A stretch of DNA of 64,000 nt from Eukaryota sp. TZLM1-RC. Its lineage: Eukaryota > Protista > Metamonada: BaSk clade. Under the pieces are notes generated by a model. That model searched no databases. It saw only the letters and a list, made by a program, of their open reading frames with translations, and was not told the origin of the DNA. Every line of letters starts with the position of its first letter. Position 1 is the stretch's first letter. The stretch lies in contig JAUPSS010000008.1 in NCBI GenBank assembly GCA_040285825.1, forward strand, positions 1,116,001-1,180,000, read 5' to 3'. Positions 24,881 to 38,600 of the stretch are shown here, one piece after another. The translations under genes and the position numbers were made by a program.

Positions 24881-25372
24881 CTGTATACTATGTCCCTCTT
24901 TTCGGCAGTTGGAACATTTGTGAGAACCTTTATTCTTTCTTGAACAATCTCTATTTTCTACAAGATTTTCAGAAATTTCTTGATCAGACAATTTTTATTC
25001 AAAATTGAAGAGGAAAGAGGGTGGGGAGGAAAAGTGAATTTGGTTTGGAATTAAATCAGAAACTATAAAAGGCTTTTTCGACATTCTGTTATACATTTTG
25101 GACATGTTATATTACATTTGTTGTAAACAACTCAAGGTAATTCCATGGTTATTGAAGTAAAAAATGTCAAATCGATACTGTAACGAGTATCGAGATATCG
25201 ATGATAACTGACTTTTTCAAGAAATCAGCATCGATCGATTATCGCTTAGTATCAATCGACGATGATCGAATCAACGATTCAATATTGGCATTCCCTGCTT
25301 GTGTCAACCTTTGTTGAATTTTTGAGTTGCCAAAACATCAAATTGTTTTACAGAATTTCAAAATAACAAAAA

Positions 25373-26053
25373 CTACTTCAACAGCGCAAGGGCTTTGCGC
25401 ATGTGGAAGCTTTCAGCTACACTCTCATCATCAACATAAGTCTTACAAACTGTGTTAGGATAAAAGTTCTTGTACTTGTAAGAAACCTTCTTGTGGTTCT
25501 TGATGTATAAGCCATCGTCATCACCAACTTCAACAAGCTTATGAACAAACTTGTCTTTAATACACCACTCCATTTCTTGATGGTACTCATGGTTGTCGTA
25601 GACAGCGATTTTAGTACCACGGTAGTTTGTGCACTGAACCTCGCCTACCTTCATTTTTTCCATTTTTTCTGCATCATCAGGAGGGAGCATGGTCTGGATT
25701 GCAGTAGAGAAGATTGCAGAAAGGAACTGATTCTTGAAACGAACACATTCAGTACCCGTAGTATCATTGTGGAAATAAAAGTAATCGGTGTTACCAATGT
25801 ACCAGATGCGTCCAGTAACATCATCCTCTAAAGTTTCAACATACGCTTTAATGTTTTTGGTGTCAAATGCCATGTATTGTTCATCATCATTGAAAAATCC
25901 CCCTTCAGAACTTTGAACTGTAAACTGTTTGTGCAGTCCACTGCGTAGAGTGAAGGCCAAGACAGCGATAACAGCAATGGCTAGTAAGCTACCTCCAGTG
26001 ATGGTGACCACCATCAAATTGCTTTTCCTGAAATGAGAATAGATGAATAGCAA
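25373..26053 (-). CDS. N-terminally anchored/secreted protein, possibly ependymin-related/LolA-like fold
   Basis: Intact ORF (ATG at 26014) with an N-terminal hydrophobic helix, beta-rich body with spaced Cys and YKNF near the C-terminus. Conserved with the 15738 paralogue. The fold is an inference. Confidence 0.6.
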   Translation of the reverse strand: MLFIYSHFRKSNLMVVTITGGSLLAIAVIAVLAFTLRSGLHKQFTVQSSEGGFFNDDEQYMAFDTKNIKAYVETLEDDVTGRIWYIGNTDYFYFHNDTTGTECVRFKNQFLSAIFSTAIQTMLPPDDAEKMEKMKVGEVQCTNYRGTKIAVYDNHEYHQEMEWCIKDKFVHKLVEVGDDDGLYIKNHKKVSYKYKNFYPNTVCKTYVDDESVAESFHMRKALALLK

Positions 26054-26339
26054 ACTTGGGGTAGTTGGGGGTCGCAGTAGGATCAGATAGAGGAAGGTAG
26101 GAGTCGTTGTCTGTCATTGAGATAAACAGTTAGAAAAATTGAATTATCAATAAATTTTCTTTGGTAAAACAAACTCATAAATCATTGTTGCACCAAATTC
26201 AATGAACCAAGATTTCCTCTAGAAATACCTGATCTGCTTGCTATCTCGCCATTGCTTCTCTTATTCTATAAAGGAACCGAGGTAATCTATTAATTATGGC
26301 AAAATGAATTCGCAACCGCCACAAAGGACATCAAATCTC

Positions 26340-26800
26340 TTCATTGTTTTTCTTGAACCAATTTTTGGATTCTACTAATAGTCATCCGTTTATGGAAAAT
26401 GGAAAAGCAATAAACACAAGTGGTCTGTTTCTATCAGTATTAGCTTTTTTTGAAATAAATGTATTTATTAGAAAACTTATACATCAGTATTAGCTTCTTC
26501 AATAAGTTTGTCACATTTTCTGAGTTTCTCACTTGCTATATATTCCAGAGCTTTTTAGGATTATGGTTCCTTCTTTGAACCAAAATGCCATTTGCAACAT
26601 TGGAGGAGAGAAAATCAACAATAATTTTAGAGTTATCAGTATAATCGCAGTAAAGATCACCTCTATCATCAGAACCAAACTTGTTTAATGGTGGGGTTTC
26701 TCTGAGCAAAGGCTCCTTAATACATAAGATTCTTGCATTTCTTGCCGTATCAAAACAGTGTGCCTGAAAGCATCATGTAATGAAGGCCGATAAGTTATGT
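26340..26800 (-). mobile_element. Old RLE-domain remnant of a CRE-like element
   Basis: Reverse strand reads ...LHDA...KEPLLRET...FGSDDRGDLYCDY, like ORF 41179..42087. Confidence 0.65.
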
Positions 26801-27487
26801 CTCTGTGACACTTATTTTTGTTTGATAAATTTAAGCTATTTTAAATTACAATATTACTACTAATTCATGTCTTCCGTTAAAGACTCCGTCCATTCGTTGA
26901 TACGAGAGCAGTCCTCATTGATTTCTTCCAAAAATATCTTCGCCTTCAATCCAATATAATTCGTCGATATCTAGTACATTGAGTCGGTCATCAAACTCTT
27001 CTTTATAAATGTGCCAAAGACTTACCTCAAAACATAGAAGTAGAATGAACTTCAAATAAAATTCATGAATAATCTTGTTCATTTAGGTTGTTTCTTGACT
27101 TTGTGTCTAATAAACTATCACTTGTTGAGTTATTAAATGATTCCTTTAATGTGGACCTATTGAAAGTCTTTCAACTAGAATGGATTTTACTGATGGCAAT
27201 TGTGTTGATCTCATAGTATTTTACTTAGATTATCCTGATAAAGATAATCAAGGGTCTCCATTCATTATTTTTGCTCGCTTCTGTCTAAAAGTTACGATCC
27301 TATAAATGGTGAACAAACTTCTGGAATATTGGAATATAGCATAATCTACATAGAAACTGTATTGATTAACTGTATTGATGCGCTTTTTAGAGCACTTGCA
27401 GCGATGGTCAAATGTTGAATTGAGAATGGATTATTGACAAGATCCATAATCATTCTTCATGCTGCAGATTCAAAAAACTTTAAAAAA

Positions 27488-27770
27488 CCCATTTTCGATA
27501 AGCGGAAGACTATCAGTCGAAGCAGGAACTTCTTTGAATGACTTCCAAAAAATGGTTCAAGAAAAAACAATGAAAAGAATTAATCTTTTTATGGCGCTAT
27601 CGGATTCAATTTGCCAATATTAATAGATTACCTCGGTTTTTCAATCGAATTTAAGAAGCTTTAGCTAGTCAGCAAGCAGATCAAGATTTTGTAGAGGAAA
27701 TCTTGGTTCAATGATTTTCGTCCCATTAGTTATGAATTAATTTTATTATGTGTGCATGTTCAATATATAT
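27488..27770 (+). mobile_element. 3' end of CRE-like family A element
   Basis: Matches 11217-11500 and 41860-42143. Confidence 0.75.
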
Positions 27771-28970
27771 CTATATATTAAAAATTTGCAAACACTTACA
27801 AATGACTTTCAGCTTCAAAAGACCAAGTTCAAGATGGAAACATCAAGAAATGATATTTAGTGGTAATCAGTAAATTGAGTTTTTGAAACTACACACTAAT
27901 CGCAATTGCAAATATTCATGCAGATCAGAGTCTGAAGGAAGAACTCAGACGAAGTAAGTGACAAAGAGAATTGGGAAATTGTAATAAGATTTTGTTTTTA
28001 ATCGGATTAGTTTGACGAAAAGCAGGAAACAAATTTATACGGAAGAAATGTTCTAAAATAATTGTGATCAATGTCACTCAATTACGTAAAAAACGATCTT
28101 ACTCTTCGCTGCAAATGAAAATAATCAGCAACAAAATTGAAATCTCACCATGAATGTTTGATACCGTTTAAAGTGATCAGGACATTGGCAGTTGACGATA
28201 ATTGACATGTGCCCAGTCTTGGACAATCCAAATTTACATTTCAATGAATACAAAGAATGTTGTGAACAAAATGCTACAACTCGACCTTTCTTTATCAGAA
28301 AAGGATATATTTTGTGATTTGAAGCAAAAATGTGATACTTTGTCAAGTCCATGAAATTGCTGGTATTGGTGGAAGACTTTTGAAACATCAAAACAGAGGT
28401 TCATTGATAGAATTTCGCGACTTAAATTGCGAAATTAGCTTTTAGTGAAGAGAATATATAGTCATTAAGAAAATTGAACAAATCCAAGAGCGTAGTTGTT
28501 TATTATGTTTTCCCACAAAGAAAACCCACAACCTCTTGGACATATTCAGATGATGAAATGTACATATTGTTAAAAATTTAATGAAACGAAAACCTAATTT
28601 AAGTCATGAAGCTCAAGCAAACAAAGCAAAACATAGTTTTGATTGTCATATTCCTACACTCATAATAGGCACCAGTGTTCACCTCGAAAGAAGATAATTA
28701 ATTCCAACTTCGGCTTGACGTTGTTATTTACAAACAGCAGCTTATCGATGAAATTATTAAGAACAAAGGAATACATAATCAAAAGTTATCGTAGCAGTTG
28801 ACCCTGAACAGTAGCAAGCTGTATAAAATCATATTCGTTAAGTTTCAAGGAAAACATCAAGAAGAATTTATCTAAAAAAGGCACATCAAGAAGTATCAGA
28901 ACAGATCATCTAAATTGAAAATCGATAGGATTGTAAGCATAAACAAACCGAATAGGACTGGTTTGAAAGA

Positions 28971-31900
28971 GGTAGAGTTTTTCAGGATGTCGAACCAGCC
29001 TTTGAAATTTGTTGACTCTCTCGGAACCGTCTCTCTTTTCGTCTGCGGTTATCAAACTCAATTATTTTCCATTTCTGGCGATTACTTTCCCAGTACACTT
29101 TCCTCCTGACCAAATTGCAATGGTTCAAATATTGGTTGAAAGAGTGTTTACTGGGTGAAGGTTTTGTCATATATATTCTGACAGATGGACCAGGGATAAC
29201 TCCACATTGATTATCATTTAAGAAGTAACTGTTGTTGTTGAACTCAAATTGAATTAGTAGGTTTCTTTGTATTTCGACTGATGACGTGATACTCATTTAT
29301 GAATCAGTTTTATTGATAAACGCAGATTTCTCTCCCCTTAGTGTGTTCATCTACCTAACGGCATCAATAATTATTGGCCCTTCTTATTTCAGATCACTGT
29401 TCCTTCTGTCAACCTCCCGTCTCTTTCTTCCATGAAAGTTGAAAGTGTTCTCTTGTTCCTACAAGAGTGGAAGATCTATTCCTCTGTGACTTCTAAGAAA
29501 GAGCTTGTTCCAGCAAGACTCTTGGTCGATTCTTTTCTGTTAGAGTCCCTATCTCTCCAGAAATCCGACGTCTCTTCCAGTGACGATGTTCTTCTTAGAC
29601 ATCTACAATCTGTCGTATCGTTCGCCACGTACGAAGATTTTAGTCTGGCTATGTCAGAACTGAAGCTTGATGTCCGTATTGGTGACGTCCGAGAACGTAT
29701 GTCCTGTTACCTGCGACGTTTCCTCCAGGTAAAGAGTAGGGCTTCTGGACTGAAGTTACCAGACACAGCTTTTCTGAATCGATTTGCCAGAGGAATTCTT
29801 CCCATAGGTCTTCAACGTTCTCTACTAGCGAGAATTCGAGATGATGTATTCCCAGATCTTAACTCTCTTGTCGAAACCGCTACTGATGAGCTGTTGGACT
29901 GCTCTAGGGTTGCTTCATGGACTCGTGGTTTCAACACCTCAGTGAATGATGTGGAACGTACGGCTGGCACTAAAACGACGTCCTCTTGGCGCTCTCAGGA
30001 TTTAAAAAAATCAATCGTGCTTCAAGTGCCACAAGCCTGGACACATCTCCGGCGATTGTCCAACTAAAATCAAACATGAGGTAAATTATTTGTGTCACAC
30101 AAACGATGCACCAAAGAGTTTAAAAAACACCATATCTTCCCTCTATTGAGCCAGTACTGTATTTGTCCTCAGAAAAGTGGGAAAAAGCAGTGTTGTTGTT
30201 GAACTCAAATTGAATTAGTAGGTTTCTTTGTATTTCGACTGATGACGTGATACTCATTTATGAATCAATTTAATTGATAAACGCAGATTTCTCCCTCCTT
30301 CGTGTGTTCATCTGCCTAACGGCATCATAACCACATAAACTAGATTGGCACAGATCAACGCCGATAAGGGGCTTTTCAGGTAAAATTTCGACTGGATGTT
30401 TACGTCTTCGACGGGGCATTTTTTAAGTGCCCTTTAACTGTATTTCTCTGGTTTTTTGGACCTCAGGGTCACTTTTCATTTCTTTGTTTAATCTTCGTTT
30501 CTTTTTCGGTGGTTCATCCAGCTCATCTGTGTTTTCTGAGTCATTATTTTTATTTTGTGTTTTTACTTTGAAATGTTCATTAAATAAGTTCATTACCATC
30601 AATTTTCAATAAAATCTTTTTAAATCCACTTTTCAATCTTTTTCAGTTGATATTAAATTTTTGGTAAGGTTATTGTTAGAGTATTTGTTTTAGACATGTA
30701 TTTTTGATGAACTTTGTTTTGTAAGATGATCCTTCAATAAGTGGAAATTTTTTCAATGAGTGAAAGACATGTGAAGGAACCTCAACAATTTTAAAACCTT
30801 TATGAGAAGCTAAAGGTATCATTCTAAATTTCCTCCAGCAATGTATATGAGAAAAATGGTGAGTAAGTCTTGTGAAATTTTAAGATTAAAGAGAAAAAGC
30901 TCACCAATTTCCTTTGATGAAAAGGTGATTTTATCATTTGACGACAGTAGAGGAGCAGTGTTAGGAGATCTTTGACACAGATTCAAAATAAAATTACATG
31001 CATTTTATGAAAAGATTCTTACTCTTAAATTATTAAGATGGAAATTGATGTAGGGTTCGAAAAAGAATCAACAATTACTTCTTTGGGCTGCTCACCTTCT
31101 GTCATTACACTAGCTTCTAGAGGTGCTAAGGGTTCATCTGGTATAAGAGAGAAAAGATAATTGGCAAAGACATTCGTTTTATCCAGAGCTCTACAATGAG
31201 CACGAGTGAAGTTTTTTGTCCGGGATTGACAAATTTTAGGTAAACCTGTATTAACAATAACGTTATTGTTGGTTTCCACTGCAGTGACCAAAGGAAAAGC
31301 TTTATCAAATTACAAATACTAAACTTAAACTATCGCCACGTCATCACACGTAATTTGATGTTATCCAACATCTAACAACATCAGATGCTGATTGACGAGC
31401 CAGACAAGCAAGGTAAGGAGAAGTCCTTTTCTGTTAATAAAATTGCATCTCTGTGACTGCAGCCAATCATTGAGGAAAATATTGAATATATTTCTACAGT
31501 AAATTAGAAAATTTTCCAATGTAGAAACAAGAGACATGTCCTGTAGACATTCTGGAAAAAATCCAAAAGATATGTAGTAATTGGCATTGTTGTTTGGAAA
31601 TGGATAAGGTTTGGAGCAAAACCAGTGGTGATGACTGTCAAATAAACATACCATACATCTTGTTCCACCAAAGCTGTAGATGCCAACGGAAAATTCAGAA
31701 GAAAAGATTGAAGCAATAAAGAAGCTTCATGACAAATCTCAGTGACCAAAGGAAGGTCGGCCCGAATTTGTTTCTCTGCTGCAGGGGTCAGCAGCGAGTT
31801 AAGTGCACAAGACCGAGTGAATACATGTGACACAGAAGGATGTCTGACATGTAGTGGAAATAAACAGCTCATCTATCAAATTTTACACTTGTCGCCCCAT

Positions 31901-31997
31901 TCTCGACTTCTGATTGCCTGTTGTGGGAGGTTTTTAACCCTTAACTTGGTTTTGGGAGGTTTTCACTATTCCCCCACTTTTTTTTCATAAAATAGGT
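28971..31997 (-). pseudogene. Fanzor: Fanzor copy 2: diverged, frameshifted, 3'-truncated (lacks RuvC-II/III), interrupted by the gag-only LTR element
   Basis: Collinear DNA similarity with 2603-4409 (VFTRSCALNSLLTPAA, YFLNDNQCGVIP, NRQKWKII). Confidence 0.85.
29230..30327 (+). mobile_element. Gag-only miniature LTR retrotransposon (TRIM/TR-GAG-like), older copy
   Basis: 137-bp LTRs 29230-29366 and 30191-30327 with several mismatches. TSD TAAC. PPT. gag ORF 29432..30067 is frameshifted before the CCHC knuckle. Confidence 0.9.
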
Positions 31998-32637
31998 TTG
32001 AATTTCCTTCATCTACCTTCTTTTCCAAGCTCTACGACTCTTTTTAAGTGTTTTTTACTCAACTTTGATTCATTTTTACCTTTTACCTGCAGTTGGTTTT
32101 CTTGAAACAATTGTTGGACTTGTCCTAAACCCCACCACTCTCTTCCTGTATGTCCATTCCTCTCCATCGTCAGCTCCTTCACAATCCATCTTTTTCTCCT
32201 TTCAAAGGTTTCAATGGTTAATGATCATAATATTTGGGCACTGTTTCAACTTTTCTGAACTTCTTGGTTTGAAGCTCAAGTTTTCATTATGATTATGATG
32301 AATTATGATCGGGAGTTCTTCGTTGAGTTTCTTTTGTGTACCCGATGGTTCTATTTGTACCTCATGTCAACAAACAAAACAGCTAATGTAGATATCATGT
32401 TGTTCTGCTCATTTACGTGTACATTTTTAGTACTCAAAAAATGAATAAACATTTTATTCTATCCAAAAAATCTGATACAAACTCCTCGAACGGACATCTA
32501 TAAGGTCATGCTTCATAGTGGATATGATGACTGTCTTTACACTTAAGCAAGTCGGATGAGACCATTTTATCAAAGTAGGCCGAATCGTTGACTAATCTTC
32601 GTAGAAGAAATGTTGCAGCTAGCGAGATATAATTAAG

Positions 32638-35600
32638 TGTTGGTGGTCTTGGCTCGTTAGTGTCAGACATACAGAGTAAATGTAATGAAATTTATCACGA
32701 AAAGGAATTGTATTCTTTCTTCTTATACTATTAGGCGGATACTAAATAAACTTAACTATTAGCTATAAATACTATTCAAGACTAACACTGCCTTTTTCTC
32801 TTTCGAGGGAGGAGCCCTGGAAGCTCTAGTCACAGGAGGTGAGGTACTAATATTGGAACGCTTCTTGTGAGGAGCGGGTTTAGTACGGTTACATGCTTTC
32901 GAAGTCTTGAGGAAGTCTTTATACGTGGCCGTATTTTGGACTGTAGAAATGTGTTCAGTGGTGATTTGTTTTCCCGGCCATTGCACTTGGCAAAAGTCAC
33001 CGTCTTGACTGAGCACCTTTTCTATGATGTGTACTTCGACATCACCTGCAGCAACCCATGAGTGGAACTCATCGTTGGCAGGAAGGCTGGAGTGCCAGGG
33101 TGCTAGATGTTTGACGCTAGCTTGGACGATCGTACCGGTGCAGAGGTACTTAATATTCACAGACGAATCAAATAGAATTTCGGTTATTAGGAAGGGTCGT
33201 AAATAATCTCCATGAAGCTTAGCGGAAGAGCCAGAAGCCTTCAATACCTATTGACTAACTTCAAAAGGGTTTGGAGTCGTCTATCTTGTCAGCTTGAAAG
33301 CTTTGGAAGCTTGATGGTGTGCTGCCTTTTCCTGTTTTTCTTTCAACCTTCGAAATTTAGATTCAATTTCTTGAATAAAGGATGACTCAGACGTCGAGCT
33401 TCCAATGATTTCCAGAATTTTACCAGGGTCTGATCTAGGAGACACATCTGAGCCAAAGATCACTTGGTATGGAGTGTGGTTTGTTGTTGAACTCTTGGAA
33501 GAGTTGATTAATAATTGCACATAAGGCAAATATTCAGACCACACGTCGTAGGCGTTGAAGTCTACGAGCAATTTTCGTAGGTTTTGCAGAATGTCTCTGT
33601 GTTGGCGCTCTACCAAGCCGTTGGACTGAGAAACTTGGGAATTGACTTTGACACCTCTATGCCCGAAAATTTGCTTAGTTCGTCAAAGACAGCCTTGGAA
33701 AATTCGGGTCCATTATCGCTGTGAATTTGACATGACATACCAAAGATGGCACAGACTTTCCAGATTAATGCATATGCAGTAAGATTGGCATTTTTCAAAG
33801 GCACGATGATCGTAAATCTAGAGAAGCTGTCAATAAATACTAGGATGTATTGGTAGCCTTCTTGATCTGCTGGAGGTGGACCAATAACGTCGGCGTTGAC
33901 GCGAGCAAAAGCTCTGTCAGCCCTCAATGAACCGGTTGGGGGGAACATGCACTTCGGGAACTGGCTTTGTTTTTTTGACAGGAGGGGTATTCTTATGACG
34001 TAATTATTCATGTCAATGAGCATGTTTGGCCACCGATAATCACTCCTTCTGAGCTTGTTTAGACTTTCAGCTTTGCTTGGATGGCCTCCTTACAGAAGTC
34101 TGTGCAACAAGTTAAAGGTGTCCTTAATGAGTGATTTGGGAATCACGATCTTGTTGTTGTGAGTCATATATAAATCAAGATGATTATTGAGCACACATTT
34201 GTTAAAAGAGGGGTCTTTGGAAGCTATAGCAAGCTTCTTTTCGGTCCTTATCCTACAGAGCCATGGCTCGAAAATAGGGAGGTCGTTGGAACATCGTTCT
34301 TTGATGACCATGATACGTTCAAAGTTGTTTAAGTCTTCGATGTAGTATTTTTCATTTTCTGTTCCTTCAATTTTATCAATGTAAAATATTGGATGAAAAT
34401 TTGAAGACATTTGATGGGACAAATGATTGATCTCTTGATGGTCTATAGAACTATTATAGGAACTATTCGAGACAACATATCACCCCAGAAGTCATCTATT
34501 CCCTTGGTGTGCACCAAATCAAAGCATAATTCAGAGAATATGGGTAGCCATCTGGTTACAATTCTGTTCTTCTCAGGAGCCGTGAACATGTAGGTAAGGT
34601 TTTGATGGTCTGTGATAATGACCAGTTTCCTTCCTTTTAGGTAGTTTTCAAAACCACTTTGAGTCAACATGAGCAGGATGGTATAGAGTTTCTTTTTTGT
34701 TTGTCGGCCAGTTCTTTTGCGAGTTGGTTAACAAGCGGCTGAAGAAGGTGATGAGCCTACATTTCCTGTTGATCAGAGGAGTACCAGGGTCGATTTGTTC
34801 GATTTGTTCCCATATTACACCGCCTACAGCAATGTCAGATGCGTCGCAACTTATTAGAATTTGATTTTCCAGAGGAGTTAAGTTGAGCGGCATGCCTTCG
34901 CTATCAGTTGCTTGATCTTTTGAAGAAGCCCGTCGTGCGTGTCGGTCTATTGCAGGCGTTGCGCACGGGGTTTGGGTTAAACGTTGGCGTTGTTCCCGTC
35001 CTTTTTAGTCAATCTGATGATAGGAGCGATGAGCTCAGATACCTGAGGAAGCTATTCTCTAATGAAGTTGACTGATCCTACGAGGCTGCGGACGTCTGTG
35101 ATTGTCTTTGCTCTAGGTAGATTCAACAAAGATTCAACACGAGTGGGATCGATAGTCCGTTGTTTGTTTTAGAAAACACTGCCCAGTATCTTGATGGGGT
35201 GTCTGGAAGACAGGAAATGGCACTTTGGAAGTCCCAAGGAAACTCTTTTGCATCTGGCTTGATCAAGGACGCGTCGAAGGCGTTCGATGAATTCGTCAAA
35301 GGTTGAATCAATGATTATGATGTCATCTATGTAAGTGAAGACACCGTCTCCAGAGAAGATGTCAGCCATGACGTTTTGGAAAACGGCTGGAACATTCTTG
35401 AGGCCAAAAGCAGCTCATTTGAACATGATGCTTTTGCCAGGAATGCTCACGGCTGTTTTCTGCCAGTGCTTCTCAGCAATCTTGAGTTGCCAAAAGGCTT
35501 TGGGGAGGTCAAAGGTGCCAATGTAATTCGCTTGGGAAAGAAATAACAGCACATCGGAGATCGTTGGAAGGTTGGGCTCAACAGGAATGGTGTTGGCGTT

Positions 35601-38600
35601 GACTCCGTCCTTGCCACTATAATCACCAGTAAGACGGGGCTTACGGTGATCTGGGTAGACCAGTAGACAGACAGGGGAGCTGAACTCATGGTTCGATGGA
35701 ACAGCGAATCCTGAGTCTACGAGTTCGTCAAAAATTTGGTTAGCGACCTCTAGCTTGGCTGGATTCAGGGTCCTAGAGGGTCTTCTAACTCTGACGTCTT
35801 CATTAAAGAAGTTGATTTCCATGGGAGGGCAATCAATACCTTTAGCATGAGGCTTGAGGATAAATACGTCTTCGAACTCTTTCAACGTTTGAAGTAGAGA
35901 CTTCTTGAAATGGTCGTTGTCGAGGTTGATGGTACAACCAAATGAGTTGTTGTGTTCCAACCAACGTGTGGAAACTTGACGACTTGTGAAGCTTGCGATA
36001 TTCGATGATCGAATTCGGCTTCAGGTAATAGTAATGTGCGACAGGCGTCGTCCATTCTAATATAAATGCCCTTGTTGTTCATCAGCCCAAGGTGACTCAA
36101 CAAGTCAGCACCAATGAGAATGGTCTCATGCCCAGGAACGATGCTGAACTTGTGTTTCACGTGTATAATCTGGGTAACACTGCCTAGTCTAATGCTAAGG
36201 GTTTCAAAAACAGTACCAAGAGACTGTGAGGTAGTTCCATCAGCAAGCTTGTAGGATATGGTTTCGTTGGAACGTGCCATGTTACAATTACTGATGACGT
36301 CTTCTGTGACTACTGAGCATGTTGCACCAAAGTCGATGATGCCTTTAACTTCGACATTGTTGATCAAAAAGTTTAATTGAAGGCAGTTGTGATTCATAAA
36401 TTGTACTATAAAAATTGTATCAGAATCATGTCCAGTTAAGTCGGCTTGTTCTGAGAAGAAGTTAGCCTGACTGTTGGGTATCTTGGTAGGTTCCAAGTTG
36501 GCGAGTGGATTGATTAGGGAATCTTTCCATGCTGAGCTTTCTGTGTGTGGTTGTGTTGTTGTTGTAGGGGGTATGGTTTCTAAAGTACATAAATAGTGAC
36601 GTGAACGTTTATTATAGGATGAAGAGCCTCTGCCTCTGCCGCGAGTACCTCTTCTGCTACGGAAACCAGAACCTCTAGAACCTCTGCCTCGAGGTTGTTG
36701 TTGAGCTTGCTCTCTCCACTTCTTGCTTCTTTGGCAGTCTTTGCTAGGGCAACTTTCAGTCGGATGACCCTTTTGTTTACAGAAGTTGCATTGGACATCA
36801 GCGGCCTGGGAAGACGATTGTGGTAGACTTCCTCCTCTCTTACTTTGTTGAGGGCGTTTACCTGGGCTAGAACATCGTGGTCTGGGAATGTCAAATGGGG
36901 AAGGAACGACCGTAGGAGGTCTGCGAGAGGCCTGCTGATCAGTAATTTGGTTCTGATAGGTAAAAATTGACATGGTTCAGCTGTTCCATGAACGATCTGG
37001 CGTTACAAAAATTCTCGTATTCAATATAGAGAACACTGAAGAATTTGCCGAGGGTATGTCCATCGTATGAGTAATCAAGAGGAGAGGACCAGATTCCGAG
37101 GAGTCTGTCTCTGATAGGAACAATCCCAATGCTTTCTAGGACATGAGTAGCAACTGCCCAGTCTGGAAGTCTGTCCGCTGGGGAAGAGGAGCTTATGGAG
37201 AATGTTCTCAATTGTTGAGAGATGCTCCTAAACTCTTGAATGGCAGTGGAGCGAGTCAGAACTCTGCCGATGTTCACCATAAAACCAATCCACCTATTAC
37301 CGTAATCTCTTTCAGTCCAGTCCATGTTTGTTGAGGGGAGGGCTCGATTTGCCTCATCCAGTCTGCTGAATTGGGTTCTTCTCAAAATTTGAGTCAAGAT
37401 GATGCGTTCGTCTCTAGGTGTGGGAACCGTAGAAAATGAGATAACCAGGTGGTAACCTTGGTATTTTAAGGCATTTAACACCTCCGGGGTGACACATTCA
37501 GCGAAACCTCTGGGGGTTGATCCTCATTGCTTGACGGAACAAGTCCCATTCATGAACTGGTTTTCCAGTAATATTGCCAAAATACTCATCGGTCGATGGT
37601 TGAGAACCTTCTCTAGCATGTTCAAGTTCTTCACGAAGTCTGGCAACTTCATTAGCTAGAGCTATCTGAGCTGGATCCTCAACATTGCCTCTGATTTCTC
37701 TTAAAACTCAATCGGTACGACTCCAGAGAATGAATTTGTTGACAAACTTAAGAAGTTTATCAGCAGCTCATCAGTTTATCATCACTTCGCAGTGATGACC
37801 TCGTCGTCGGCTTGATCCATGGCAGATTGATTAGAAGTATTCATAGAAGGAATTTCATCAGTTTCCATAGGAGGTTGTGATGATTCAATGGGTTCTGTGG
37901 AAGTCTCCATAGGTTGGTTAACGTAAGATGCAGCTTCTCTTTGGTGAGGTTCAGGAGAAGGTTCAGTTTCTTCAATCTGGGCTAAAACCTGATGTGAATA
38001 GATCGCTGGTCGAACCAAGCGTGTCTTTTCAATGCAACTTTTTACCATAACCCATTTTAACATCCTGGATTCTATGCATCTAGGGAAGACAGTGACGAGC
38101 TGGAGAGCTCCTTGAAGATTTCCAGATCTTGTGTGGTCAGGACCATAGTATGATGCAATGTAATCTGGACGTCCACCATACAGAAAGAGTTTTTCTCCGT
38201 ACGTGGTTTCAGTGAACCACCACCTTGTTCTATAATCTCTATCGATAAGGATATCGAGAAATGCATTGTACCCAGGGCTGAACCTACGGTAGGGACAAGG
38301 GTTATAGACGTTTATGAAGAGGATATCTTCGTCTCCAGCAAAGCGTCTGAACACTCCCTCTCGTGTTGTTTTCATGAACCGTACTCCGGGTCTAGGGTCA
38401 TGAGTAGGTTCAGGGTCATTTATAGATGATTCTGGAGTGATCCTTTCATCGGCGAGATATGGACCAATTCTGGGAGTGATCCATAATCCTAAGTCGTTCT
38501 TGACTTTAGGACCGCAGAAAGGAGGAATCATCTCCGTGGAAGGGATGGCTTCTGGGTCCTCCGAAATGACCTGTGGATCCCTATATCGTGCGTAAAGATT

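Noticed and set aside
25165-25297. ATCGAT-rich cluster ending in GGCATTCCCTG, resembling a hAT end
   Set aside because: No partner TIR or TSD found, so it is not called as a feature.
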